Of a DNA stretch of 64,000 nt, positions 17,660 to 27,731 are shown piece after piece. The first letter of the stretch is position 1. Every line of letters starts with the position of its first letter. Origin of the DNA: a virus; IMG/VR virus record IMGVR_UViG_3300013005_000002, positions 15,791 through 79,790 of that record; one strand, given 5' to 3'. Position numbers and translations under genes: made by a program. Under the pieces are notes generated by a model. It saw nothing but the letters and a program-made list of their open reading frames with translations, did no database searches and was not told the origin of the DNA.

Positions 17660-18974
17660 CTTCTAATAGTACCATAACTGCAAGCTCACTTAAACCACTA
17701 AATACTCTATCTCCTGTATTTAATTGATTGTATTGGTCTAATTTATCTCCATAAGCAAATTCTGAGTGCTTTAGTAATCCTAGAGGAATTGGAGTTGTAT
17801 TAGTTTTAAGTCCAATAGAATTATCATAGGTCCAGGTTAATGGATCTTCTTCATACATATATTCTTTAGCTTCTTCTAAGTACTTAGCGGTAATCATGTC
17901 TGGTGCTACTTCTTTAATTAATCCAACAAAATACAAGTTATACCAGGATTTACTTAAGTTAAAGATATATCTAAGCGCAAATCTATACACAAACTTTTCA
18001 ACCTTAGTGTCAGCAAGCTTTAAAAGGATGTAAAGCGCATGAACACAATTGGCATCATTGAAATATCCACGTCTATCTGGTAAATATGCGGTAGGTAATA
18101 ATGATAACAATGAATAACCTTTTTTATAGAAAAGATTCCAATATTCTTTTTCACTGCTTTTGGATTTATTCTTTTTAGCGTTAGTTTTAAGTGCTGCCAG
18201 AATTGTTAAAGCTTGTGCTCCTACAGTTTCTAGTCCAGGTTGAAACATTGCCCGACTGGATTTCATTCTTACTGCCTCTGGTCTTAAACTAGCTTCTTTT
18301 AATCGTTTATTCCATAGAGTTTTATATGGTTCATCTGGTGGTTCTTGTGCTTCAAGTATAGAATAATCAAACTCTATGATATTACTAACTAATTGGTCAT
18401 ATTTTTCAAGAAGCAGTTCTTGAGATGAATTTTGTAAATTAGTATCAAGCATAGCTAAAGATAAACCTAAAAGCATATCACCTGATGTAGATTTCATATT
18501 AAATATAAATTTATTCTCTGTGTAATCCCACTTGTAGCCGCGAGCTAAGTAGTTACCTTGCATACACTGAGTAAGAGCATAATCCATCTGAGCATTTCTT
18601 TTGCCTAGTTTAGACATTAAAAATACATACTGACCATGTCTCAATAGCTGATGGTCCGGACTGTGGTTTGCTCCGTTTAAAACATCAATAAGCTTATTTC
18701 TAGGTAAGTATAGCTCATAGAATTCATTCTTAAGTACAGGAAGAAATTTAAGGATTTTTTGCATCCGTTGAGTCTTTTGCGTTTTATTTAAACGCCTAGC
18801 GACAGGAGGACGTTTTTTATATTTAAATTTATTGTATAAAATACCGTAGATGCCTAAACATCCAATAAGTAATAGTTTAATTGGAAGACTAATCCAATGT
18901 AAAGTATCTCTAATAATATTTTTAAATGTATTGGTTTTAACATCAGTAACAATTTCTAAATATTTATTTAACAC
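17616..18974 (-). CDS. membrane-anchored helical protein of unknown function
   Basis: 452-aa ORF; N-terminal hydrophobic segment. Confidence 0.7.
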   Translation of the reverse strand: MLNKYLEIVTDVKTNTFKNIIRDTLHWISLPIKLLLIGCLGIYGILYNKFKYKKRPPVARRLNKTQKTQRMQKILKFLPVLKNEFYELYLPRNKLIDVLNGANHSPDHQLLRHGQYVFLMSKLGKRNAQMDYALTQCMQGNYLARGYKWDYTENKFIFNMKSTSGDMLLGLSLAMLDTNLQNSSQELLLEKYDQLVSNIIEFDYSILEAQEPPDEPYKTLWNKRLKEASLRPEAVRMKSSRAMFQPGLETVGAQALTILAALKTNAKKNKSKSSEKEYWNLFYKKGYSLLSLLPTAYLPDRRGYFNDANCVHALYILLKLADTKVEKFVYRFALRYIFNLSKSWYNLYFVGLIKEVAPDMITAKYLEEAKEYMYEEDPLTWTYDNSIGLKTNTTPIPLGLLKHSEFAYGDKLDQYNQLNTGDRVFSGLSELAVMVLLEDEIYENITNPKSFN

Positions 18975-19132
18975 AAATAATCTCCTAAATTAAAAAATTC
19001 ATCTTCTCTAAGAATATCTACAGTATCAACTAATTTAGTAGTATATTTAATAAAAAAGTTATCCCTAAAAAATGGGTATTTTTTAGCTAATATACCAGGA
19101 GTGTCTACCTCTATTTTTTGATATCTTTTCAT
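18968..19132 (-). CDS. MxKY-like microprotein variant (54 aa, MKRYQKIEVDTP...)
   Basis: hand-translated; ATGA overlap; fills the intergenic gap. Confidence 0.55.
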   Translation of the reverse strand: MKRYQKIEVDTPGILAKKYPFFRDNFFIKYTTKLVDTVDILREDEFFNLGDYLC

Positions 19133-19335
19133 AGTTCCCATAACTTTTCATACCATTTAATTAGCGCGTCTTCTGCTTGATGTTTTTTCTTAGTCTCATT
19201 GTAGTACGCGGCTAAATCCATTTCAAGAGAAAAAAGACATTGCTTAAATAAAGTTTTGTTTCTTCTATTATAAGCTTCAGCCAAAGCGTCTATATCGTTT
19301 AATACACTTTTATTTAATCTAATTTCTTTAAACAT
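19129..19335 (-). CDS. hypothetical protein (start reassigned to MFKEIR, probably leaderless)
   Basis: ATG 6 nt after a TATGCT -10 box. Confidence 0.6.
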   Translation of the reverse strand: MFKEIRLNKSVLNDIDALAEAYNRRNKTLFKQCLFSLEMDLAAYYNETKKKHQAEDALIKWYEKLWEL

Positions 19336-19341
19336 ATTAGT

Positions 19342-19387
19342 AGCATAGCACATCTTGGGTATAAAAGCAAGAAGATTAACAAGTTAG
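19342..19387. promoter_or_regulatory. divergent promoter: leftward sigma70 (TTGCTT-17-TATGCT, extended -10) and rightward TTAACAAGTTAG
   Basis: -35 at 19365-19370, -10 at 19342-19347; motif at 19376-19387. Confidence 0.7.
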
Positions 19388-19491
19388 ACTGTAAACCTTT
19401 GATTTCATACAAACGGCATAGTGGTGTTTCCACAATATAAATATAGGCCATGACGTACAAATCATTGTTTTTACTAAAGAAAAGGTAATAT

Positions 19492-19779
19492 ATGAATAAG
19501 ATGAATGAATTCTTATCAAAACTACCAGAGATGGCGTTTTTGATTTTTTCAATAAGACTTGCCATATTAGGCGCATCTATTGGTGACGCTTTAGCTCTAA
19601 TCTCAGTTGTTGCTTATATTGCATATAAACAATTTATTGAGGCTGGAGTAGTTAAAAAGTCAGACGAAGTTAACATTCGGTTGGAAGAATTAGAAAAATC
19701 TATTTCTGCATTAAAAATGGACAAAGTGATTCAGAGAGGTCCACAACCAAATGAGCAAAAAACAAAAAGATACTTCTAA
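19492..19779 (+). CDS. small two-TM membrane protein (holin-like?)
   Basis: two hydrophobic segments plus a coiled C-terminus; first gene of the packaging operon. Confidence 0.55.
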   Translation: MNKMNEFLSKLPEMAFLIFSIRLAILGASIGDALALISVVAYIAYKQFIEAGVVKKSDEVNIRLEELEKSISALKMDKVIQRGPQPNEQKTKRYF

Positions 19780-20215
19780 GACAGAAGTAGCAACAATTCA
19801 TGAACTTGCTGAAAAATTTGTTCAAACTACAGTTGTAGAAAAATTTGAACAGGACAATGTCTCTTTAGCTCAAGAGATTATTAATTTAAAACAACAATTA
19901 TCAGAAAAAACTAAACATATTCAACACTTAGAAGATATACTAAAACATACAGTATCTTCCTATTCCCCTGTTTTTAATGAAGTAACAGATGAGGAAATGA
20001 TTGCATTAAAGCAATTAGAGCGCCTTAAAGAAGCAGCACAAATTAGACCATTAAGTCTAGAAGAAGTGCGCATATACGATTTATTAGTAAAAAATAAAAG
20101 ATTAGCACAAGGTAAAGAAACTGGGATTATTGACACAGTTAAATTACCACAAGATAAAAAAGAATTAATTAAAATTGCAGCTAAAAAGATTCAAGTAGTA
20201 GACCAAGATGAATAA
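19751..20215 (+). CDS. coiled-coil protein, candidate terminase small subunit
   Basis: position directly upstream of terL; helical/coiled-coil. Confidence 0.4.
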   Translation: MSKKQKDTSKTEVATIHELAEKFVQTTVVEKFEQDNVSLAQEIINLKQQLSEKTKHIQHLEDILKHTVSSYSPVFNEVTDEEMIALKQLERLKEAAQIRPLSLEEVRIYDLLVKNKRLAQGKETGIIDTVKLPQDKKELIKIAAKKIQVVDQDE

Positions 20216-21707
20216 AAAGGGAATCTCTCTTAAAGAAAAAGAGATTCAAAAGAAAGCCAGGGAACAACTCTGGCGTGAAGGTATACTAGAGTGGAAATTA
20301 CATCCTTCTCAAAAGGATATGTATGATTTTTTCCACGGTAAAAAAGATAAAACTATAATCTTTAATTGCTCTCGACGGCTAGGTAAATCCTGGCTTTTAC
20401 TATTGATAGCAATTGAAGTTTGTCTTAAAAAAAAATCAACAGTTAAATTTGTACTTCCTGAAACTGGATGGGCTAGGAAAGTAATTAAGCCTGTAATGCA
20501 AAAAATATTAGAAGACTGTCCAAATGAATTAATCCCTACGTTTAAAACTCAAGATAACATGTATGTTTTTGCTAATGGCTCAGAAATCCAGTTAGCAGGA
20601 ACAGATAATGGTAATTATGAGAAGTTGCGTGGAGGAGATGCCGACCTTTGTCTAGTGGATGAGGCTGGATTTTGCTCTGATCTAAATCACATCATTTCAT
20701 CCATTCTTATTCCTACTACTTTACTTACAAAAGGTAGAATCATTCTTTCCTCTACAACCCCCGACAATCCAAATCATGAATTTATCCAACAGATGAAAAT
20801 GGCAGCTAGTGATAAGCGTATGATAGTTAAGACTTTATACGATGGACTTGAAGATAGCAAAAGGTCTGACTCTCCACACATTACCCCAGAGATTATTGAA
20901 GAGATTATCTTAGGTATTCCTGGTGGAGTAGACTCAGATGCATTTAAAACTGAGTTTTTATGTCAACTTATTTCAGATAGCGATAAATCCGTTGTCCCTG
21001 AATTTTCTAGACATGAAGAGGATGTAGTGTCTGATTGGCGTATGCCTAATTTTTGCGACAAATACGTTTCTATGGATATAGGATTTAAAGACTTAACTGC
21101 TGTACTATTTGCTTATTATGATTTTGAAAATGCAGTCCTTGTAGTCCAAGATGAAGTTATTATAAATGGACCAGAGCTTACCACTAAAAAACTTGCTGAT
21201 GAAATCCAAATAAAAGAATCTAAGCTTTGGACTAGTCCTTTGACTGGTGAGCAGGATAAGCCTTATTTAAGGGTATCAGACAATAACCTTTTAGTTATCA
21301 ATGACTTAGCTAAGCTACATGGCATCTATTTTAGCCCTACTGAGAAGCAAAACAAGGACGCAGCTATTAATCAGGTCAGAATGATGATAGACGAGGGTCA
21401 AATCAAAATTAACCCTAAATGTGTTCATTTAATAGACCATATAAAGCTTGCTACGTGGGGACCTAATAAAAAAGATTACGCTAGAGTTAGCGGACATCAC
21501 TACGATGCCTTAGACGCTTTTATCTATTTAGTAAGAAACGTGAGCTTTACACACAATCCTTTTCCAAAAGGTTATAGATATCAAGGACTTGGGAGCCGTG
21601 ATAACGTGTTTTTTAAGGAATCAGCTTATGAGCCCACCACAGACATAGAAAAACATCTGTCTGAACAATTTAAGCCAAGAACCACATATCGTAGAAAATC
21701 CAATTAA
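20208..21707 (+). CDS. terL: terminase large subunit
   Basis: Walker A SRRLGKS, Walker B LCLVDEAG, motif III LSSTT, nuclease SMDIG and HYDALDA. Confidence 0.92.
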   Translation: MNKKGISLKEKEIQKKAREQLWREGILEWKLHPSQKDMYDFFHGKKDKTIIFNCSRRLGKSWLLLLIAIEVCLKKKSTVKFVLPETGWARKVIKPVMQKILEDCPNELIPTFKTQDNMYVFANGSEIQLAGTDNGNYEKLRGGDADLCLVDEAGFCSDLNHIISSILIPTTLLTKGRIILSSTTPDNPNHEFIQQMKMAASDKRMIVKTLYDGLEDSKRSDSPHITPEIIEEIILGIPGGVDSDAFKTEFLCQLISDSDKSVVPEFSRHEEDVVSDWRMPNFCDKYVSMDIGFKDLTAVLFAYYDFENAVLVVQDEVIINGPELTTKKLADEIQIKESKLWTSPLTGEQDKPYLRVSDNNLLVINDLAKLHGIYFSPTEKQNKDAAINQVRMMIDEGQIKINPKCVHLIDHIKLATWGPNKKDYARVSGHHYDALDAFIYLVRNVSFTHNPFPKGYRYQGLGSRDNVFFKESAYEPTTDIEKHLSEQFKPRTTYRRKSN

Positions 21708-21708
21708 T

Positions 21709-21720
21709 TTAACAAGTTAG
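21709..21720 (+). promoter_or_regulatory. late motif TTAACAAGTTAG
   Basis: exact motif 22 nt before the portal ATG. Confidence 0.75.
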
Positions 21721-21742
21721 TGTATCCGGGAGAACACAATAA

Positions 21743-23812
21743 ATGTCTGATAATCAATATTTTGCAGCTAAAGACGGTAAAGAAACCGCTAATATTGTTC
21801 TTCAAAAAGCTAATATGTGGTTTAACGGATTAGATGCCAATGGCTATCTTGATCAATTGCGCGCTATGTATGCTGCTTATTATGGAGCTTACTATACCGA
21901 CAACGGAAATGCTAATTCTATTACATTCTCCGGTGAGCAAGGTGAGCTAGTAAATATTGCTGTAAATCATTTAAATAACTTAGCGTTACATATGCTTAAC
22001 ATGATTACAAGTGTTAGACCTACAATGCAAGCAAGATCTGTAAATACTGATTATAAATCAATGACTCAAACTAAGCTTGCTAATGGAATTCTTGATTACT
22101 ACATGCGTGAAAAACGTTTAGAGTATTATATTAAAACTGCCACAGAAATGGCAATAGTTTTAGGTTCTGGATATATCAAAATTGAATGGAATGCTACTAG
22201 TGGTGAAGTTTACGATTATTCAGAAGAAACAGATAATGAAATTTATGAAGGAGATATTGAAGTTTCAAATCTTTCTCCATTTGATGTAATTTTTGACATC
22301 AGCAGAGAAGACCAAAAACATGACTGGATTCTAACTCGGTCATGGAAAAATAAATATGACATTGCAGCAAAATTTCCCGAACTTGAAGAAAAAATTAAAC
22401 AACTTGAAACTAAAACACAACTATCTAATCTTTATCTTGATTCTTTCTTTGGTGATGATACAGATTTAGTTCCCGTATATGAGTTTTATCATAAAAAAAC
22501 AGAAAGCATGCCACAAGGTAGATACTTAATGTTTTGTTCTGATGACGTAGTTCTTATGGATAGTCCTATGCCATACAGAAATTTACCAGTATATAGAATT
22601 GCTCCTAGTAATATTATGGGTACGCCTTTTGGATATTCTCCGCTTTTTGGTATTTTACCAATACAAGATGCAGTAAATGCTCTTCATTCTACAGTACTTA
22701 CTAATCAAACAGCGTTTGGTGTTCAAAGTGTTGTTGGTCCTAAAGGTGGAGATATTTCTGTTTCTGAACTTTCAAGTGGTCTTACTTACATCGAAGTAGA
22801 TGAAACTAAGGGTCAGCTCAGACCTTTAAACTTAACACAAACTCCAGAAGAAATATTTAAATACATGCAAATGCTTGAAAAAGCTATGGAAACTATTTCT
22901 GGTGTAAACTCTGTTGCACGGGGAAATCCAGATCCTAATTTACGTTCTGGTAACGCTCTTGCTCTAGTACAATCTATGACTTTGCAATTTATGTCTGGTC
23001 TTCAACAATCATACGTTGCGTTAATTGAAGATTTGGGTACTGGTATCATTAACATTCTTAAAGACTACGCTGCAGTTCCTAGAATGGCGGCTATTGTTGG
23101 TAAATCTAATCGTACATACATGAAAGAGTTTACTGGAGATGATTTATCTTCAATCAACAGAGTTGTTGTTGAGCTTGGTAACGCACTTTCACGTACTACT
23201 GCTGGACGTGTTGAAATGGCAGAACAGTTATTACAAATGGGTTTAATTAAAACTCCACAACAATATTTTTCTGTTATGAACACAGGAAATCTGGATGTTA
23301 TGACTGAAGATGAGCAAGCACAATTATTTTTAGTTAAAGGTGAAAATGAATTTTTAATTGAAGGTAAACCAGTAATTGCAATCTTTACTGATGACCATAA
23401 TCTTCATATTAAAGAACATTCTGCAGTTCTTGCTGATCCTGAAATGCGTTTTGACCCTGAATTAGTACAAAGAACTTTGACTCATATTAATGAGCATATT
23501 GCTTTACTTAATGGTTCAAGTATGGCACCAAAGCCTGAAAGCAATCCAGATTATTTAACTATTAATAATCAACAACCTTTAGCTCCCGTAGGCGGAATGC
23601 CAGCAAATCAACCGCAACAAAATGTACCAGATGCTAGTATGACAGGACAAGCTATTCCCCAGGCACTTGATGCATCACAACAACTTGATCCTCAAGCTCA
23701 ACTTAATGTAAATATTCCTCAACCTGCTCAACCTCCAGCAATAAATGGAATTCCTCAACCGACTACACCAGAACAAGTTTTAGCATCTAGTGGAGGGATT
23801 TCTGTTGGATAA
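21743..23812 (+). CDS. portal protein (P22-like) with Pro/Gln-rich tail
   Basis: size and position after terL; PIQDAVN, ETISGVNSVARG, SGNALAL portal-type motifs. Confidence 0.88.
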   Translation: MSDNQYFAAKDGKETANIVLQKANMWFNGLDANGYLDQLRAMYAAYYGAYYTDNGNANSITFSGEQGELVNIAVNHLNNLALHMLNMITSVRPTMQARSVNTDYKSMTQTKLANGILDYYMREKRLEYYIKTATEMAIVLGSGYIKIEWNATSGEVYDYSEETDNEIYEGDIEVSNLSPFDVIFDISREDQKHDWILTRSWKNKYDIAAKFPELEEKIKQLETKTQLSNLYLDSFFGDDTDLVPVYEFYHKKTESMPQGRYLMFCSDDVVLMDSPMPYRNLPVYRIAPSNIMGTPFGYSPLFGILPIQDAVNALHSTVLTNQTAFGVQSVVGPKGGDISVSELSSGLTYIEVDETKGQLRPLNLTQTPEEIFKYMQMLEKAMETISGVNSVARGNPDPNLRSGNALALVQSMTLQFMSGLQQSYVALIEDLGTGIINILKDYAAVPRMAAIVGKSNRTYMKEFTGDDLSSINRVVVELGNALSRTTAGRVEMAEQLLQMGLIKTPQQYFSVMNTGNLDVMTEDEQAQLFLVKGENEFLIEGKPVIAIFTDDHNLHIKEHSAVLADPEMRFDPELVQRTLTHINEHIALLNGSSMAPKPESNPDYLTINNQQPLAPVGGMPANQPQQNVPDASMTGQAIPQALDASQQLDPQAQLNVNIPQPAQPPAINGIPQPTTPEQVLASSGGISVG

Positions 23813-24479
23813 GGTTAAAGCTTTAGCTAAAGAAAAACTAAAGGAATTTGAAGGCTCTTTAAATGAAGTGCATCAAGATAGCAAAGGTATTGACACTATT
23901 GGTTCAGGGATGGCTTTGCGAAGTCCTGCAACTAAAAACGCTTTTGCTAATTTAGGATATGATACTGAAAAAATTAGAACAGGTGAAACTTCCGTACCAC
24001 AAAAAGATTTAGATTCAGCTATGGATAAAGTTCTTAATGAAAAGTATGATCTTTTAAATAACATTAAAGAACGTTCTTTTCCTCAAAAAAACTTAAATGA
24101 GCAACAACAAGCTGCTCTATTATCTATGGTTTATAATAGTCCAGAACTTCTTGGACCTAATATTAGACAATATTTAAATGAAGATAAAGACGTAGATGTA
24201 ATGCGTGAGATTGTTTTAAATAGTAATAAAGATAAGTCTCCTGGAGTTCTTTTTAGAAGATTACAAGAAGCCGAGCTTTATGGTGGAGATATGGGCTTTA
24301 GTGACATGCTTTCTACTATGTCAGAACAAGAAAAAAATTATATTTTTAATACATTAAATGAAACTAAAAATGAGCAACAAAAACAAAAGATGATAGAGAA
24401 GTATCCACAATTTGCTCCATCTTATGTACCTACTGAAGCTCCTAAGTTTAACAAAGTACTTAAACTATTTAAAGGATAA
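23790..24479 (+). CDS. GH24/T4-type lysozyme, probably virion-associated
   Basis: E-x8-D-x5-T triad (FEGSLNEVHQDSKGIDTIG); Q.AALLSMVYN; GVLFRRLQEAELY. Confidence 0.8.
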   Translation: MEGFLLDKVKALAKEKLKEFEGSLNEVHQDSKGIDTIGSGMALRSPATKNAFANLGYDTEKIRTGETSVPQKDLDSAMDKVLNEKYDLLNNIKERSFPQKNLNEQQQAALLSMVYNSPELLGPNIRQYLNEDKDVDVMREIVLNSNKDKSPGVLFRRLQEAELYGGDMGFSDMLSTMSEQEKNYIFNTLNETKNEQQKQKMIEKYPQFAPSYVPTEAPKFNKVLKLFKG

Positions 24480-24482
24480 TAA

Positions 24483-24890
24483 ATGGCTGATGAAAGATTT
24501 CCACTATTAAAAAAAGCTTACAAGGCAGTAAAGGAAGCTACAGAACCTGCAACTGAGTATGAGCAAGGTATGGCTAATGCATACGATGAAATGCAAGGAT
24601 TGCACAATTTAAAACAAATATTTGGTGGATCAGAAATAGAACAAAGAAAACCTATTAAAAATATTGAACGAACCACTCCTCCTCCATATGGCACTAACTA
24701 TATGTCTGGAGACTATGGAAAAAGCAAAAATCCAATGAGTTTAGAAGAAGCAGATAGTAGATTAAATGATGCATATAAAATGCAACAAATGAAACAATTA
24801 GAAGATTTGGAGCAAATTGGGGAATTTGAAGAACCAGATTCTGAAGCTAATTTACGTGCTGCTAAATTGAGGGCTTTACTCGGTAAGTAA
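24483..24890 (+). CDS. hypothetical late protein
   Basis: ORF track; AAGGA RBS. Confidence 0.7.
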   Translation: MADERFPLLKKAYKAVKEATEPATEYEQGMANAYDEMQGLHNLKQIFGGSEIEQRKPIKNIERTTPPPYGTNYMSGDYGKSKNPMSLEEADSRLNDAYKMQQMKQLEDLEQIGEFEEPDSEANLRAAKLRALLGK

Positions 24891-24964
24891 TTAAATTATA
24901 TAAAATTGACACTATTTAAAACTACCTATCTCAATTAAGAGACGGTATATAACAAGGAGAATAT

Positions 24965-25924
24965 ATGTCAGACGCACAACCAGCAGCAGTAGCTGCGGAA
25001 ACAGCACCAGTTGAATCGACTGGTCAAGCAGTAGAATCACTAGATACAGGCTCTGCGCCTGTAGAAGCACAAGCTGATGCAATCGATCAAGCTGAAGCTT
25101 CAGGTGAAATTACTAAAAAAGAAGCACAATCTTTAAAAAAACAACTAAAGATTAAAATTGATGGTGTTGAAGAGACTATTGATTTGGATTTGTCTAATGA
25201 TGAAGAATTAAAAAGACACATTCAAAAAGGCAGAGCTTTTGATAAACGCGCTAAAGAATATGCATCATTAAAAAATACAGTAGAAGGCTTTATTCAACAA
25301 CTAACTTCTGGTGATGAATCCGCAGAAAAAGCATTAGCTCAACTTGGAATGAATCCTGAAGAATTTGCTGTAAAATTAATGGAGCGCAAGATTAAAGAAC
25401 TTGAGAAATCTCCAGAGCAAGTTGAACGTGAAAAAATGCAAAAAGAGCTTGAAGAGCTTCGCAATGAAAAAAAACGTGCTGAAGAAGAAAAACAACAGAT
25501 GCAAATGGAAAAGCTCAGAAATCAATATGCTGCTGAAATTGAAAATGAGATTGAATCTGGACTTAATGATGCTAAATCAAAGCTTCCTAAAGGTAACCCT
25601 AGAGTAATTAAACGTATTGCTCAAACTATGCTTCATGCTATGGAAAATGGATATAATGACGTAACTGTACGTGATGTTATTCCTGTTGTAGAAAAAGAGT
25701 GGCAAGAAGAATTACGTTCTTACTTTGATACATCTGCTGAAGATTTATTAGAAGAATTAGTTGGTAAGCACAATTTGGATAGAGTTAGAAAGAAGCGTTT
25801 AGGTTCACGTCCAAATGCACCTAAGACAAGTGCTAGTTCTATTAAAGATACAGGCTCTAGCAAAATCCAAGAAGATGTTGAAAGACCTAAGAAAAGTTTA
25901 AAATCATTTTTAAGAGATGACTAA
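24965..25924 (+). CDS. capsid scaffolding protein
   Basis: acidic Ala-rich N-terminus, KIKIDG motif, long coiled coil, position before the MCP. Confidence 0.75.
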   Translation: MSDAQPAAVAAETAPVESTGQAVESLDTGSAPVEAQADAIDQAEASGEITKKEAQSLKKQLKIKIDGVEETIDLDLSNDEELKRHIQKGRAFDKRAKEYASLKNTVEGFIQQLTSGDESAEKALAQLGMNPEEFAVKLMERKIKELEKSPEQVEREKMQKELEELRNEKKRAEEEKQQMQMEKLRNQYAAEIENEIESGLNDAKSKLPKGNPRVIKRIAQTMLHAMENGYNDVTVRDVIPVVEKEWQEELRSYFDTSAEDLLEELVGKHNLDRVRKKRLGSRPNAPKTSASSIKDTGSSKIQEDVERPKKSLKSFLRDD

Positions 25925-25935
25925 ACGGAGATAAT

Positions 25936-26217
25936 ATGAAAGTACATCATACAAGAATCAGATATGAAGACTCGGGGATCTCTAAACAGATCCTTACTCC
26001 TCATGGAATGATGCAAATAAAATTAAATAAAGAAGAAGGCAGCTTTAGTATTACAAATCATGTTGGATATGAAGTTGCTAATGGTAAGTCAAAAAGTTTA
26101 GCCGGACTTAAAAAGAAAGCCAAAAGTGTATTATGTAAGCTTACTGGCATTCAGTTTAAGAAAGAAGCTAAACCTAGTAGACAAGGCAAGCGTATTGGTG
26201 GAATTATTTCTAAATAG
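25936..26217 (+). CDS. small basic protein
   Basis: ORF track; GGAG RBS. Confidence 0.65.
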   Translation: MKVHHTRIRYEDSGISKQILTPHGMMQIKLNKEEGSFSITNHVGYEVANGKSKSLAGLKKKAKSVLCKLTGIQFKKEAKPSRQGKRIGGIISK

Positions 26218-26238
26218 TACACTAGCTAAGTATATAAA

Positions 26239-26250
26239 TTAACAAGTTAA
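26239..26250 (+). promoter_or_regulatory. late motif TTAACAAGTTAA (perfect TTAAC/GTTAA arms)
   Basis: 135 nt upstream of the MCP start. Confidence 0.75.
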
Positions 26251-26385
26251 ATCGAAGGAATAAATTTATAAGTAATTTTTAAGATTCATTAATACCCGTA
26301 AAAGGATTTAATGATACCAAGATTATAAAAGTAATATTTAAAAATTCACTAAATAAAATATAAAAAACTATAAAAGGAAAATAAA

Positions 26386-27594
26386 ATGGCTGTAGCAAAT
26401 ACACTAGACACATTAAATGGTCTATTCAAACAAGTTTATGCAGATCAACTGCAAGACTTAATCCCCGATGGCGTAAAACTATTAACAATGATCGATTTCT
26501 CTAAAAGAGACAGCATCGGTCAAGCTTATAACCAACCCGTAGTTCTTGGAATGGAACATGGCGTTACTTTTGCTGGTCCTACTGAAGATGCATTTACTTT
26601 GCAAGACGCAGTTGCTGGTCAAATCAAAAATGCTGAAGTTAAATCTTCTCAGTTACTTTTGAAATCATTACTTGGTTATGCTTCTGCTTCACGATCTGCT
26701 GAAGGCGGAGCTAAAGCTTTTAAATCTGCTACTAAGTTCCTAGTTGGAAACATGCTCCGATCAGTAACTAAGAAGCTTGAAATTGAAATGCTTTATGGAC
26801 AAGTTGGATATGCTACTCTTGCAGCGGCTGCTTCAAGCGTAACTATTGCTATCCCTGCTTCTGAATGGGCTCCTGGAATCTGGGCTGGTGCTGAAAACAT
26901 GCCTATCGATATCCGTGACTCTGTTGGTGGTAACTCACGTCTACGCACAGTAACTGCTGTTAACTTTGAGACACGTTCAATCACTGTTGATTCTGCTGTA
27001 GTTATTGCTTTGAATGACGTAATTTATCACAAAGGCGCTTTCGGAAAGCAATTTGCTGGTATTCACAAAATCATCACTAACACTGGTCTTTTGTTTGGTA
27101 TCAATGCTTCTGAATACTCTCTCTGGAAGGGTAACACATACGACGCAGGAGCTGCTCCTTTGTCTTTCCAAAAACTTCAAGAGGCAGTTGCTAAAGCTGT
27201 TGAAAAAGGTTTGGATTCTGATGTTAAAGTTATCGTAAATCCAGACGTATGGGCTGATCTTTTGACAGACCAAGCTGCTCTCCGAATGTACGATTCTTCT
27301 TACTCTCCTGCTAAGATGGAAAATGGTTCTAAAGAAATCAAGTTCCACGGTCAGAATGGTATGATTGAAATCGTTCCTTCAATCTATTGCAAGCGTGGCT
27401 TTGCTTACGTATTGTCAATGGACGAGTGGTTACGTATCGGTTCTACTGAGGTTACTTTCCGACGACCTGGTCGTGGTGATGAGTTTTTCCGCGATGTAGA
27501 AAATGCCGCGGCATATGAGCTGCGTTGCTACACGGATCAGTGCGTTTTTAGTCATGCTCCTGGTAAGAACGTTTTGATTCTTAATATTGCTTAA
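26386..27594 (+). CDS. major capsid protein
   Basis: 402 aa after the scaffold; highly biased codon use; followed by a strong terminator. Confidence 0.85.
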   Translation: MAVANTLDTLNGLFKQVYADQLQDLIPDGVKLLTMIDFSKRDSIGQAYNQPVVLGMEHGVTFAGPTEDAFTLQDAVAGQIKNAEVKSSQLLLKSLLGYASASRSAEGGAKAFKSATKFLVGNMLRSVTKKLEIEMLYGQVGYATLAAAASSVTIAIPASEWAPGIWAGAENMPIDIRDSVGGNSRLRTVTAVNFETRSITVDSAVVIALNDVIYHKGAFGKQFAGIHKIITNTGLLFGINASEYSLWKGNTYDAGAAPLSFQKLQEAVAKAVEKGLDSDVKVIVNPDVWADLLTDQAALRMYDSSYSPAKMENGSKEIKFHGQNGMIEIVPSIYCKRGFAYVLSMDEWLRIGSTEVTFRRPGRGDEFFRDVENAAAYELRCYTDQCVFSHAPGKNVLILNIA

Positions 27595-27621
27595 TAATAT
27601 CATATAGATAGCAAGTAGAGA

Positions 27622-27650
27622 GCCCTGGGGAAGCCCGGGGTTTTTTATTT
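27622..27650 (+). terminator. rho-independent terminator after the MCP
   Basis: GCCCTGGG-GAAG-CCCGGGGT stem-loop followed by a T-run. Confidence 0.85.
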
Positions 27651-27660
27651 TTTAATTACT

Positions 27661-27710
27661 TGTATTTTTTAGAGATTATCCTTGACTTTTATGTATTTTT
27701 TAGAGATAAT
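27661..27710 (+). promoter_or_regulatory. sigma70 promoter overlapped by a 16-bp direct repeat
   Basis: TTGACT 27682-87, 17 nt, GATAAT 27705-10; TGTATTTTTTAGAGAT at 27661-76 and 27692-707. Confidence 0.6.
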
Positions 27711-27731
27711 AATTTACATAGGAGTTTTTCA

